Positions 1-8,219 of a stretch of DNA of 13,342 bases are shown here, in pieces; position 1 is the first letter of the stretch; the number at the start of each line of letters is the position of its first letter. Origin of the DNA: a virus (Duplodnaviria; Heunggongvirae; Uroviricota; Caudoviricetes); IMG/VR virus record IMGVR_UViG_2513237361_000015, positions 1 to 13,342 of that record. One strand, 5' to 3'. The position numbers and the translations under genes were made by a program. The notes under the pieces were generated by a model. That model saw nothing but the letters and a program-made list of their open reading frames with translations. It was not told the DNA's origin and did not search any database.

Positions 1-982
1 TTAGTGAATATATCGAAAAAATACTTTTAAGCTAAAATTGCGGGTCAGATACGGCACCAGTGAATAGTTGATAAATCCCAGCCCCAGCTCTTCGATATTG
101 TTGAAGGTGGCGCGATCGGTGTTCTGCACCATGTGCAACGGCACCCGGAACAGACGACAGATTTCTTCAAGCTGAAACTTGCGGGTTTCCAGGAACTGGC
201 TGTCCTCGGCGTTCAGCGCCATCGACTTCCAGTCCAGCCCCATCTCAAGGATCATCGGGCGGTGAGCATTGCCAAGCCCGGTGTGACGCTCCTCAAAATC
301 TTTCTTCAGGCGCTCATAAGCCTGATCTGACAGCGTCTGCTCTGTACGCAACACACCCGACGTCACCGCGCCATTGCTGAACAGTCTGGCCCCGTGCTCT
401 TCGGTCGCGCCGCCAGCGATATTGCCTCGCGGGCATAGGCGATGGGATTCAGCCCCACCAGCCGTCCAGCGTCAGCGTGCGCACATGCCAGATATCTTCC
501 TGGCTCAGTACATCCGTGGAGCCGTCCGGGAATGTGACCTGATAGACCGGCTCCCAGCGACTGTTAAGCTTCGGTACCACACAACCGGGATCGACGGGCA
601 GCAGTTCAGCCACTTCGCCAAATGCTTTCACTTTATAGGCGTAAAAGTTGCCCCGCAGGCACAGACAGGTGACCACCAGCTCCCAGAACTCCTGCGGCGT
701 CATATAGCCATTGGGATGCGTGGAGATCAGCTTATGCAGACGTTCGCCAGTGGCTCTCTGCTTCAGGCTGCCGTTCAGGTGATACAGGTTGCAGGGCAAC
801 ATCCCGACCGACTCCGCCAGCACCCTGACACAGGAAAAAACCGCCGTCAGTCGCATGGCCCGCTGGCTGCTGATCTGCTTTCCGGTATAGGTGTGGTAGG
901 ACAACCCGATAGCATCCGCCAGCTCTGCTGGCGTGGTCACCGGTGCGTCACTTTTTCGTTGAAATAATCCCGAAAAGAACAC
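1..982 (-). pseudogene. Phage portal protein (HK97 family), disrupted by two frameshifts and 3'-truncated
   Basis: Minus ORFs 449..982 and 1..366 give portal-like sequence (N-terminal part ending TLTLDGWWG; C-terminal part with FQLEEICRLFRVPLHMVQN motif). The reading continues in a third frame as LNPIAYAREAISLAA between them, so two 1-nt shifts lie in about 400-455 (one at the C4 run 454-457). Total is about 330 aa and the last 12 codons are AT-rich. GTG start at 982 with GGAGG 6 nt upstream. Confidence 0.7.
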
Positions 983-1164
983 TATTTACCTCCGCCGACA
1001 GACGACTGTGTACGGTCGAGATATCGCGCCACCAGCCACGACCAGAACAGGCACAACGCCCCGGCAACAACAAACCCAGCCGGGGGATAAATCAGCCAGG
1101 CACCATACGCCAGCAAAAGCGCCCCCAGCACGCCCACCAGAGGCGCGAGAATCAGCATGATCAT
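982..1164 (-). CDS. Small hydrophobic protein (60 aa, two predicted TM helices) between terminase and portal
   Basis: ATG at 1164 preceded by GAGG with 5-nt spacer directly after the TerL stop; stop TAG overlaps the portal GTG (TAGTG). Sequence is almost entirely hydrophobic. Function unknown. Confidence 0.45.
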
Positions 1165-1175
1165 AATTACCTCAG

Positions 1176-2909
1176 TTAAAGCGAGCGGATCCCATAGGAC
1201 TCAATGTGGTCAGACAGCGTGTCTTCTTTCTCGTACAGCATGGCTCTGCCAACCGCCATAATCAGCGCAACTGCACCATCGATTTTGTTTTCCGCCTGCT
1301 CTTTGACGGGCTTCACCACATCATCGTTACCCGGAATGGTTTTGCCGACCACGTTGCCGATACACCAGGTCATGATGGGATTGCCATCATGATGAAAGCG
1401 CCCCGATTCAATTGCCGCTTCCAGCTCTTTCATCGGGTCGGACATGTTGGTGTAGTTCTGAATGATAGTGATGGGGTTCAGGTCTTCATCAGCAAGGTCA
1501 TGTGACAACCCGGTCGCCCCGAAGGGGTCGATGGGTGACTCACTGACCGGGCTGATTTTGTTCGCCGCTTTGGCCTCCTCGAGGATGTAGCGATAATCCA
1601 CCTCCGCACCATCGGTAACGGTCAGAACGCCCATTTCCACCCATTTCTGAAAGCGTTCGGCTGTCCGTCGATCTTCATTTTTCTCGACGCTGTACACCGT
1701 GTCATACGGTACCCAGAAACGCGGGGCCACACTGTAGTAATGCGTTTTACCGTCAATCTCGCGGGTATAAAGTCGCGCCATACTGTTCATATCCAGCTTA
1801 CGCGCCAGGTCAAAGGCCAGAATGCACGGCTGCCCCTCGAACTGCTCAAGGGTCAGTGATTTATCCTCGCAGCTCTGCCAGCTCACCAGATTGAAATACG
1901 CCGAACGCGCCGACACCCAGATATTGAGGTGTTTTGTTTTAAAGACGTTTGCCAGACGGGCGTTATTTTTCGCACGCTGCTGCTGACTTAACAAAAATTC
2001 GCGATAAACCGACACGCCAATATTTGGATTGGCTTTTTCCAGCACCTGCGGGTCGGTCCAGTCATCGCCTTCGTCAACGGTATAGATGATCCCGAACAGT
2101 TCATCGTTGGGCACCGAGCCGTTGAGCATCTCGATGACTTCCCGCCGCTTGTCGTAGCACGGCCCCTCAATGTTGTACCCGGCAGTAGTAATGGCCCACA
2201 TCAGTGGCTGACGTCGCGCCCCCATCCCGGTAAGCATCGTGGTGTAAAGCGCATCGGTGGCGTGCTCGTGATATTCATCCACCACGGCACAGTGGGGTGA
2301 TGAACCATCACCGGGGTTACCGATCAGCGGTTCAAAACGCGCACCATCCTCCGGACGGTTCATGTTTGAGGCGTTAACCTCAATCCCGAACGCTTCCGTC
2401 AGCATGGGTGTGCGTTTACACATCAGTCGTGCCGGACGAAAGACTTCCCATGCCTGTTTCTCCGTCGTGGCACCGGAATACACTTCCGCGCCGAACTCGT
2501 TATCACAGGCAAAACAATACAGGGCAACACCGGCAGAGATTGCCGATTTGCCGTTCTTACGGGGAATTTCGGTATACACCTCCCGGAAGCGGCGCAACCG
2601 GGTGCCTTTATTGACCCAGCCAAACGCACAGCAGATCACAAATAGCTGCCACGGCTCCAGCGTGATGGGCATCCGTTTAAATGCCCACTCACCCTTGGTG
2701 TGCGGCAACAGCTGAATAAATTTGGCGGCCCGTTCAGCCAGGTCCTTGTCGAAGCGGTAACGAAACGACTTACTTTTTTCCGCCATCAGGTCATCAAGAT
2801 GGCGCTGGCAGGCCTGAATCACAAACTGGCAGGCAACAATCTTTCCGCGCACGACATCCCGGGCATACTGATTTGCAGCATTTACGTTGGGGTAAGATTT
2901 CCGGCTCAT
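1176..2909 (-). CDS. Phage terminase large subunit
   Basis: 577-aa ORF with a Walker A-like PRKNGKSA motif and the overall look of lambdoid/HK97-type large terminases; start ATG overlaps the reconstructed TerS stop (ATGA). Confidence 0.9.
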
Positions 2910-3399
2910 GATTCGATAATTTTCAGAAACGGGTTAGTGGCTTTCTTCTTCCCCGCCAGGCCAATCAGACGCTGGCGGCTGCTGGGGTCGAGTCCGAGCA
3001 TTGCCCCCGTCTGCTCATCTCGGACTCCTGTTCTTTTTTGGCGGTCAGCTCCGGATTTTTGACCCTGCCGCCCATTGCACCGGTGATGGTGTTGCCCTGT
3101 ATGGCAATATTTTTCACGGCACGTCGCCAGAACTCATAGGCCACGCACCACCGCTCAAGTACCGCGAGGTCAGTCACGCACAGCAGGCCCTGACCGCAGA
3201 GTTCTTTGGTTGTCAGTTGCCACATGATCGTGGCGAGAGGGAGATCTTCTTCAGCGAACCACTCCGGTGGCTCAACACCTTTGATGGGCGTAAAAACAGG
3301 TTCATCTTTATTCAGGGCTCGCTTGCCGGGGTTTCCGGCCAGCGCCTTGCGCGCCGTTGGCTTGGGGCGACGCCCGGAACGCCCCGCCGTTCCAGCCAT
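2910..3399 (-). pseudogene. Phage terminase small subunit (P27 family), apparent 1-nt frameshift near its 3' end
   Basis: N-terminus MAGTAGRSGRRPKPTARKALAGNPGKR is P27-family-like; ATG at 3399 with AGGAG 8 nt upstream. The given frame stops at 2965, but the adjacent frame is open ([31 protein letters not shown]) down to a stop overlapping the TerL ATG. The switch point is the C5/G5 run at 3005-3009. Confidence 0.75.
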
Positions 3400-3408
3400 A
3401 TGCGGCAC

Positions 3409-3525
3409 TCCTGGTTAAATTTCATTTTTCGCGGGTATAAAAAAACGATGGGGCGGGCAGTCCGGAAGACGTCAGGTCACAGGGATTTGACCCGCCCCTC
3501 CCCCGCAGATAGTTGAGAGTTATTA
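3409..3525. other. Putative cos (cohesive end / terminase recognition) region
   Basis: Intergenic GC-rich segment between HNH endonuclease and terminase small subunit, the position cos occupies in HK97-type phages. On the minus strand it carries GGGGCGGG (3450-3443) and, about 41 nt further 3', its inverted copy CCCGCCCC (3401-3394). Confidence 0.3.
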
Positions 3526-3876
3526 TCACTTCAGTCGTTCACGGGCCGTCTTCGTCTTATGACACGGCCAGCACAGGCTCTGCAGATTGCAGTCTGCATC
3601 AGTGCCGCCATGCGCTTTAGGGATGATGTGGTCAACGGTTTTCGCCTCACGCACCACACCGACACGCAGGCACAACTGACACAGGCCTTTGTCACGCTTC
3701 AGCACGCGCGCGCGGATAACATCCCACTTCGAACCGTAGCCGCGCTGGTGACGGGATTGTCCTGGCTTGTATTGTTTCCAGCCTTCGCTTTTGTGGCTTT
3801 CGCAGTAGCCTGACGGGTCAGTGGTGGTTTGGCGGCAGCCGCGAACGCGGCAGGCTTTTGGGGTTCGTGGTGGCAT
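3526..3876 (-). CDS. HNH endonuclease (terminase-associated)
   Basis: ORF from ATG 3876 (GGAG 5 nt upstream) has paired Cys clusters (CRVRGC...C, CQLC, CWPC) and the DHIIPKAHGG HNH core; sits immediately upstream of cos and terminase as in HK97-like phages. Confidence 0.85.
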   Translation of the reverse strand: MPPRTPKACRVRGCRQTTTDPSGYCESHKSEGWKQYKPGQSRHQRGYGSKWDVIRARVLKRDKGLCQLCLRVGVVREAKTVDHIIPKAHGGTDADCNLQSLCWPCHKTKTARERLK

Positions 3877-3885
3877 GCTGGCTCC

Positions 3886-3912
3886 AATAAAAAACCCCGC
3901 GACGCGAGGCTT
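3886..3912 (-). terminator. Rho-independent terminator after the 67-aa membrane protein gene
   Basis: Minus strand reads GCCUCGCG-UC-GCGGGG followed by UUUUUUAUU: about 6-bp GC stem (one G-U pair) plus U6 tract. Confidence 0.5.
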
Positions 3913-3941
3913 AGACAGAAAAAACACCGGATAAGATCTGG

Positions 3942-4145
3942 TCATTCTTCCTTTTTAATAATGACTTCTCGAGGGCGCAATTGTTGGATAGCACGACAAA
4001 TACAATATGGAATAACTGCCCATGCTACTCCCATTGCTGCACCTGCAGCCTGTTGTGGAGCACTCTGAGCACCGAAAACCCCGAGGATTCCTTCAATAAA
4101 TCCAATAGCACTACACAAAAGACTGATGACCCAGAGAATTTTCAT
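3942..4145 (-). CDS. Small membrane protein (67 aa, two predicted TM helices), function unknown
   Basis: ATG at 4145 with AAGGAG 9 nt upstream; two hydrophobic stretches separated by a short Ala/Gln-rich segment, charged C-terminus KKEE; followed by a terminator. Confidence 0.5.
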   Translation of the reverse strand: MKILWVISLLCSAIGFIEGILGVFGAQSAPQQAAGAAMGVAWAVIPYCICRAIQQLRPREVIIKKEE

Positions 4146-4262
4146 AAACCCAAACTCCTTTTAAATAAACACTTTACTAGGATAATTCTCATAAAATGTT
4201 AGTAAAGTATTTTCAGGAAAATAGCGTATCACTGCCTATTTTTGACACTGATGCCGGGATAA

Positions 4263-4688
4263 TTATTCCGGTCGCTGGAGTTGCTCATGATGATACAGAG
4301 CGAGAATCAGGTCATAAGACCCTTGCCTGTCTTTGTAACCAGTTTTATCAACCAATTCAGCTTTACTGATTCCGGGTAAATCAAGAATCAGATTCGCAAC
4401 TTCAATTGCCCTTTGGTACAACTTACCGCCCTTTTTCTCCCCATGCAGTGGTTTTACATTCTTGAGGTAACCGCTATCCGCTAGGGCGAGAAATGTTGCC
4501 CTTGGGCATATCTTCTTTCTTGACGATTCGCTTTCTGTAACCTCTGCGACAGCTGTATCCCATGCATCACGAGGAGGCATTGAGCTATCAGCAACCAAAT
4601 GATAAGCGATTAAAGCGGCGCGCGCGTATTGAGACATAATGCATCCATATACAAAAATCTCATGATAAGACTTTTCTAATATGAACAC
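4263..4688 (-). CDS. Hypothetical soluble protein (about 124-141 aa), no recognisable domain
   Basis: Open frame immediately 3' of Rz on the minus strand in a lower-GC segment (about 42 percent in a 60-nt hand count). Start is uncertain: GTG 4688 overlaps the Rz 3' end, ATG 4637 has only a weak RBS. Confidence 0.4.
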   Translation of the reverse strand: MFILEKSYHEIFVYGCIMSQYARAALIAYHLVADSSMPPRDAWDTAVAEVTESESSRKKICPRATFLALADSGYLKNVKPLHGEKKGGKLYQRAIEVANLILDLPGISKAELVDKTGYKDRQGSYDLILALYHHEQLQRPE

Positions 4689-5119
4689 TGTGATCTCACA
4701 TACTCTTGCAGGCCATTCAATTGGTTAGTTATGGTTTCGATGCGCTCTCTGAGAACGAAATAATCCCGTTGAGCGGTGTCAGTAAGTCTGGGGCTGGAAG
4801 CATCATCCACGCCGGAGGCGGCGGTGGTTTTATGCATGTCCGGACAGACTGCTTTGACGTGCAGCCACTTACGACCAGCAGAAACATCAGCACGAAGACT
4901 TTCGATAGTCGCGTTAGCATCAGCAAGCTCCTTTGTATATCTGGCATCGAGTTCAGCTACATTACTTTGACGTTTCTGCATGTCAGCGATAATGGATGCG
5001 GCCTTATCGCGCTGCTTTTTGTAGGTGATGGCGTTATCACGGTAATGATTAACCGCCCATGACAGGCAGACGATGATGCAGATAACCAGAACGGAGATAA
5101 TCGCGGTGACTCTGCTCAT
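4676..5119 (-). CDS. Rz: Rz i-spanin (inner-membrane lysis protein)
   Basis: 147 aa starting [34 protein letters not shown], with TKELADA and ASPRL...RDYF...RER motifs closely resembling lambda Rz; N-terminal TM anchor plus coiled-coil-like body. Confidence 0.9.
   Translation of the reverse strand: MSRVTAIISVLVICIIVCLSWAVNHYRDNAITYKKQRDKAASIIADMQKRQSNVAELDARYTKELADANATIESLRADVSAGRKWLHVKAVCPDMHKTTAASGVDDASSPRLTDTAQRDYFVLRERIETITNQLNGLQEYVRSQCSY
4729..4920 (-). CDS. Rz1: Rz1 o-spanin lipoprotein, embedded in Rz in the +1 frame
   Basis: Embedded ORF has lipobox LLVVSGC and CTSKQSV...KPPPPPAW...TPLNGIIS, matching lambda Rz1; internal Met start chosen from the longer 4729..4947 ORF. Confidence 0.85.
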   Translation of the reverse strand: MLTRLSKVFVLMFLLVVSGCTSKQSVRTCIKPPPPPAWMMLPAPDLLTPLNGIISFSESASKP

Positions 5120-5165
5120 ACCTCAATCTCTCTGACCGTTCCGCCAGCTTCTTTGAATTTTGCAA

Positions 5166-5393
5166 TCAGGCTGTCAACTTTATGCTCAAACTGACCATAA
5201 CCAGCCCCGGCAGTGAAGCCCAGATATTGCTGCAACGATCGCCACTGCGTTCTCTTCGGTGCGCTGCTGTTTGGCTTTCTCTGCTACTTTTCCACAACCA
5301 CGAACATTGCCAGTAAAAAACGCTGAGTGCGGCTGCAACCAGCACAACAATACCGCTAGCAATAATTTCTATGATTCCCATTATCTTTACCAT
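5166..5393 (-). CDS. Small hypothetical ORF (75 aa) with N-terminal TM segment; possibly frameshifted
   Basis: N-terminus MVKIMGIIEIIASGIVVLVAAALSVF is TM-like but the rest of the given frame is low-complexity. The adjacent frame after the A6/T6 run (5315-5320) reads TGNVRGCGKVAEKAKQQRTEENAVAIVAAISGLHCRGWLWSV, which looks more protein-like. Weak RBS. Confidence 0.3.
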   Translation of the reverse strand: MVKIMGIIEIIASGIVVLVAAALSVFYWQCSWLWKSSRESQTAAHRRERSGDRCSNIWASLPGLVMVSLSIKLTA

Positions 5394-5420
5394 CTCAGCA
5401 GTTTAGTTTTTGCAAGCATA

Positions 5421-5447
5421 AAAAAACCGCCCGAAGGCGGTTTTATA
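5421..5447 (-). terminator. Strong rho-independent terminator (usable in both directions)
   Basis: AAAAAA-ACCGCC-CGAA-GGCGGT-TTTT: 6-bp stem with tetraloop (UUCG on the minus strand), U-tracts on both sides; lies just 3' of the 93-aa gene. Confidence 0.6.
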
Positions 5448-5462
5448 ATAAATATACTAACC

Positions 5463-5744
5463 TCAGTCTTCCGTTCCATCTGGGTTGACAGGTTTGGTGA
5501 TTGCTTTCAGTCGAACAACTGGATCACCATCACCGTTGCTTACAACTGTTCTAATGGTCTTGTCATCCCGAGGGGTAAATGTTACTTCTACATCAAATCC
5601 CATAGCTGCATGTTCATCACACAAATAAGCGTTAGTATTGTGGGCCCAAATTGCAGATAAATTATCCAGTTCACGTCTCAGACGCACACCGATAATTTTA
5701 TCTGCATGTCTACCACATCCTTCAATGATGCATGTTCCTGACAT
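5463..5744 (-). CDS. Cys-rich small protein (93 aa), possible zinc-binding, function unknown
   Basis: ATG at 5744 with AAGGA 7 nt upstream; Cys at positions 5 and 10 plus a later LCDEH Cys/His pair suggest a small zinc ribbon; placed directly 3' of the methyltransferase. Confidence 0.5.
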   Translation of the reverse strand: MSGTCIIEGCGRHADKIIGVRLRRELDNLSAIWAHNTNAYLCDEHAAMGFDVEVTFTPRDDKTIRTVVSNGDGDPVVRLKAITKPVNPDGTED

Positions 5745-5796
5745 TGTATTTTCCTTCTTTGGTTAACCAAGGAGAAAACTACCATAAACCAGAAAC

Positions 5797-6720
5797 CTAT
5801 TCAGCTTTTTTGCTGTAACTTACTACGCTAGTTAACCTTTTTCTTTCCAGCCCAAGTCGTTCTTTAGCTACTTGGCAGTGTTCATCAAGCAATTCAAAAC
5901 CTACTGACTTTCTGGACAGGCGAGATGCCGCCACAAGTGTAGTGCCTGAGCCTGCAAACGGATCCAAAACAACATCGCCTTCTGTTGTAAACAAACGAAT
6001 AAACCATTCAGGAAGAACTTCGGGGAATGCTGCACTGTGGCCTTTGTTACCACATTCAGTTGCCATGTGCAGCACATTCGTCGGGTATGCCATTTCTCTT
6101 CCCTGCCAGTTTGAAATGTTCTTTCCGAACCCACTACCAACTCGCGACTCATCCCTCATCATGTCCCGCGAGCTTAATTTTTTTAGCCTCTCATTCTTCC
6201 AGTCCCCCACAGGAACCATAACCGCTTCTTGGTACATTGCAAACTTTCTGTTTTTTGTAAAGTGCAGACAGCGTTCCCAAGAATCTCTGAATCTATTAGG
6301 CCATTTACCAGGGAATGAATTCTTCTTATGCCAGATATATTCTTCTGTCCACAGCCAACCCAGCTCTCGCATTTTAAGAATAAGCTCTAAAACATATGTA
6401 TGTCTTTCGCCATTCACTACCTTCTCTTTAATGTTAAGCACAAAGGAGCCTGAAGGCTTAAGAACCCGTAGCAGTTGCTCCGCTATAGGTGAAAACCAGT
6501 CAACATACTTGTCAGGGGCAATGCCACCATAAGTCCTCTTTCGTTGATCTGCATACGGTGGTGAAGTAACGATGAGATCTACAGAAGAATCGTCCATCAT
6601 GGTTAGCAACTCAAGACAGTCTCCTTGATAGAGATTTATCTCATCAGTTTTTATATTAATTGTCGCTTTTTTAAGCATTCCATACATCTCCAGCGAAAGT
6701 AACTGAAGAATAGCAGCCAT
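5797..6720 (-). CDS. DNA methyltransferase, beta-class N6-adenine/N4-cytosine type
   Basis: Motif IV SPPY (TSPPYADQ) lies N-terminal to motif I DPFAGSGTT, the order typical of beta-class amino-methyltransferases; SPPY leans towards N4-cytosine but is not decisive. Likely true start is ATG 6678 (MLKKATINIK, GGAG 9 nt upstream). About 37 percent GC in a 60-nt hand count. Confidence 0.85.
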   Translation of the reverse strand: MAAILQLLSLEMYGMLKKATINIKTDEINLYQGDCLELLTMMDDSSVDLIVTSPPYADQRKRTYGGIAPDKYVDWFSPIAEQLLRVLKPSGSFVLNIKEKVVNGERHTYVLELILKMRELGWLWTEEYIWHKKNSFPGKWPNRFRDSWERCLHFTKNRKFAMYQEAVMVPVGDWKNERLKKLSSRDMMRDESRVGSGFGKNISNWQGREMAYPTNVLHMATECGNKGHSAAFPEVLPEWFIRLFTTEGDVVLDPFAGSGTTLVAASRLSRKSVGFELLDEHCQVAKERLGLERKRLTSVVSYSKKAE

Positions 6721-6793
6721 TCTTCCTGCGGTCCATCTCTTTCTACCCAGTTTTTTAAATTACATGGGTGCTTGGATAACTTGCCGCCGTCCC

Positions 6794-7405
6794 TCACACC
6801 AGCACCGATTTCGCCAGGTTAAACAGCGCGCGGCGTTTATCCAGACCGTTACTACCGCCATTAATAAGCAGCGTGACGCGTCCCAGGTCGCCAGAATGAA
6901 GCAGGCAACCGCGGGAAGCATAGAACCACGCAGCTGAGCGCGCGGCGTATTCATCCTGTTCCAGCAATTCAGGCTGGGTAACAAGGTCGAGTTTTAGTGC
7001 GTAGCCACAGATGCAATAATTACGGAGACCAGTGATTTGAATTAATCCTCTACCACGATATTTCCAGCCATCACCGGGTGCTTTGTTACCCAGTCGGTTG
7101 CTATACACCAGATTGGCAATAGCATCCTGACGAGCTGCATGTCCGGATGTTCTACCAAGGGCATCAGCCTGCTGCTGTGTGATCCTCTTTCCGAACGTCG
7201 CCACCAGCGCAGATGGTGTGTAGTTAAAATTTTCAACTACGGCGCTAAACCCCATCGACTCATGGCCTACCTGAGCGATAAACATTGCCTGATCCGCTGG
7301 TGCTGTAATGCCGAATTCCTTCATCGCCGCATCAATGTGCGGAAACCAGCGCGCAGCCAGCCCGGCGCTAATACCAGCCGCCTTTTGAAATAATTGTTGG
7401 TTCAT
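6794..7405 (-). CDS. Endolysin, glycoside hydrolase family 19 (chitinase-like phage lysozyme)
   Basis: 203 aa with AARWFPHI...EFGIT...AMFIAQVGHES.GF...ENFNY...GDGW.YRGRGLIQITG...QPELL.QDEYAARSAAWF...INGG.NG motifs characteristic of GH19 phage endolysins; ATG overlaps the upstream stop (TAATG). Confidence 0.9.
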   Translation of the reverse strand: MNQQLFQKAAGISAGLAARWFPHIDAAMKEFGITAPADQAMFIAQVGHESMGFSAVVENFNYTPSALVATFGKRITQQQADALGRTSGHAARQDAIANLVYSNRLGNKAPGDGWKYRGRGLIQITGLRNYCICGYALKLDLVTQPELLEQDEYAARSAAWFYASRGCLLHSGDLGRVTLLINGGSNGLDKRRALFNLAKSVLV

Positions 7406-7686
7406 TAGTGCCTCAGATGATCAACCAGACGTGCAACGTTGCCTCTGACGGCCACCAGCACGGAAAGGAAAATAGTGTTCGCCACGATAATGGGCCATGA
7501 GGAATGAGGATAAATCCCACAGAGATAGGCCAACGGAACAGCACTGTATGTAACAGTAATCAGCCAGGCTAAACGTGAAACCCAAGGACGATGCCGCGAA
7601 TCACCACGACGATAAAACATCAGAGTAATAACAACACAAGCACATAACAGCGCATTTATAGTTGCTGTCGGGTCATTTAGCTCCAC
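7405..7686 (-). CDS. Membrane protein (93 aa, about 3 TM), holin/antiholin-like lysis accessory
   Basis: Hydrophobic ORF between the putative holin and the endolysin, overlapping both neighbours; assignment rests on position and hydrophobicity only. Confidence 0.45.
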   Translation of the reverse strand: MELNDPTATINALLCACVVITLMFYRRGDSRHRPWVSRLAWLITVTYSAVPLAYLCGIYPHSSWPIIVANTIFLSVLVAVRGNVARLVDHLRH

Positions 7687-8059
7687 CTGAACCTCCCCGG
7701 CGCGTTATGAGCGCCACCAGCGAGCCGATATCCTGATTATTCAGGAACGTCAGGATTTTAACGGCTAAAGCAGAGACGATTACGGCACCAATAGCATCCA
7801 GAGGTTTATCACTGTATCCGGTCAAGTTCGCCAGCTTGGAGCCAACCAACCCAGAGCAAAGAATCCCGGCAATATATGACACGATAAAATATGCCAGTCG
7901 ACGCGATGCACTCAGATCTGCTGCTGTTGCTATGTAGAATACAGCCCCTGCAAATGCACCAAATACAACGCCGTAATCAGTTCCGGTCAGCAGTCCATAA
8001 ACACTGGCACCCGTCAGGGCACCACCAGCCAGCCCAGTACCGGAAATTGGATCGGACAT
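7673..8059 (-). CDS. Putative holin (128 aa, multiple TM segments)
   Basis: First gene of the lysis cluster after the Q-proximal cargo; Gly/Ala-rich TM segments and charged C-terminus; ATG 8059 preceded by GAGGGGG with 4-nt spacer. Confidence 0.55.
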   Translation of the reverse strand: MSDPISGTGLAGGALTGASVYGLLTGTDYGVVFGAFAGAVFYIATAADLSASRRLAYFIVSYIAGILCSGLVGSKLANLTGYSDKPLDAIGAVIVSALAVKILTFLNNQDIGSLVALITRRGGSGGAK

Positions 8060-8172
8060 TTAGCCCCCTCTTAATTGCTGTGAGTCCTCTCAGGTATGAG
8101 GGGAAATAGGCTCAGGCTTCACGGGCTGGATATATCAACAAAGCACGTAACGGATGATTCCCGTGATCCTGA

Positions 8173-8199
8173 AATAAAAAAGCCCCGCTATTACGGGGC
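8173..8199 (-). terminator. Rho-independent terminator after the 213-aa moron gene
   Basis: Plus strand AAATAAAAAA-GCCCCG-CTATTA-CGGGGC; on the minus strand this is a 6-bp GC stem followed by UUUUUUAUUU. Confidence 0.6.
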
Positions 8200-8219
8200 A
8201 GTTAATAGAATTATAAAGT

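Noticed and set aside
374-967. 197-aa plus-strand ORF antisense to the portal gene
   Set aside because: Lies entirely within the portal coding region on the opposite strand, Arg/Gln/His-rich with no RBS or motif; typical antisense artefact of GC-rich coding DNA.
1204-2715. Plus-strand and short minus-strand ORFs inside the terminase large subunit (1204..1392, 1206..1505, 1988..2170, 2362..2715, 2408..2614, 2423..2629)
   Set aside because: All are embedded in, or antisense to, a high-confidence 577-aa terminase gene and have low-complexity composition.
3001-3516. 171-aa plus-strand ORF across the terminase small subunit and cos region
   Set aside because: Antisense to the terminase small subunit and spans the intergenic cos candidate; composition is Arg/Gly/Pro-rich rather than protein-like.
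3699-4068. Short ORFs overlapping the HNH gene and the 67-aa gene on either strand (3559..3813, 3699..3887, 3829..4068, 3981..4202)
   Set aside because: Overlap better-supported genes that have RBSs and recognisable features; no independent support.
4706-5062. 118-aa plus-strand ORF and other overlaps within Rz
   Set aside because: Antisense to Rz/Rz1, which are identified by strong similarity to the lambda spanins; only the +1-frame Rz1 is a real embedded gene.
5259-5660. 133-aa plus-strand ORF
   Set aside because: Reads straight through the terminator hairpin at 5421-5447 and is antisense to two minus-strand genes; Cys/Asn/Ser-rich low-complexity sequence.
5901-6532. ORFs overlapping the methyltransferase gene (5901..6152, 5942..6532, 6027..6221)
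   Set aside because: Embedded in, or antisense to, the methyltransferase, which has intact catalytic motifs.
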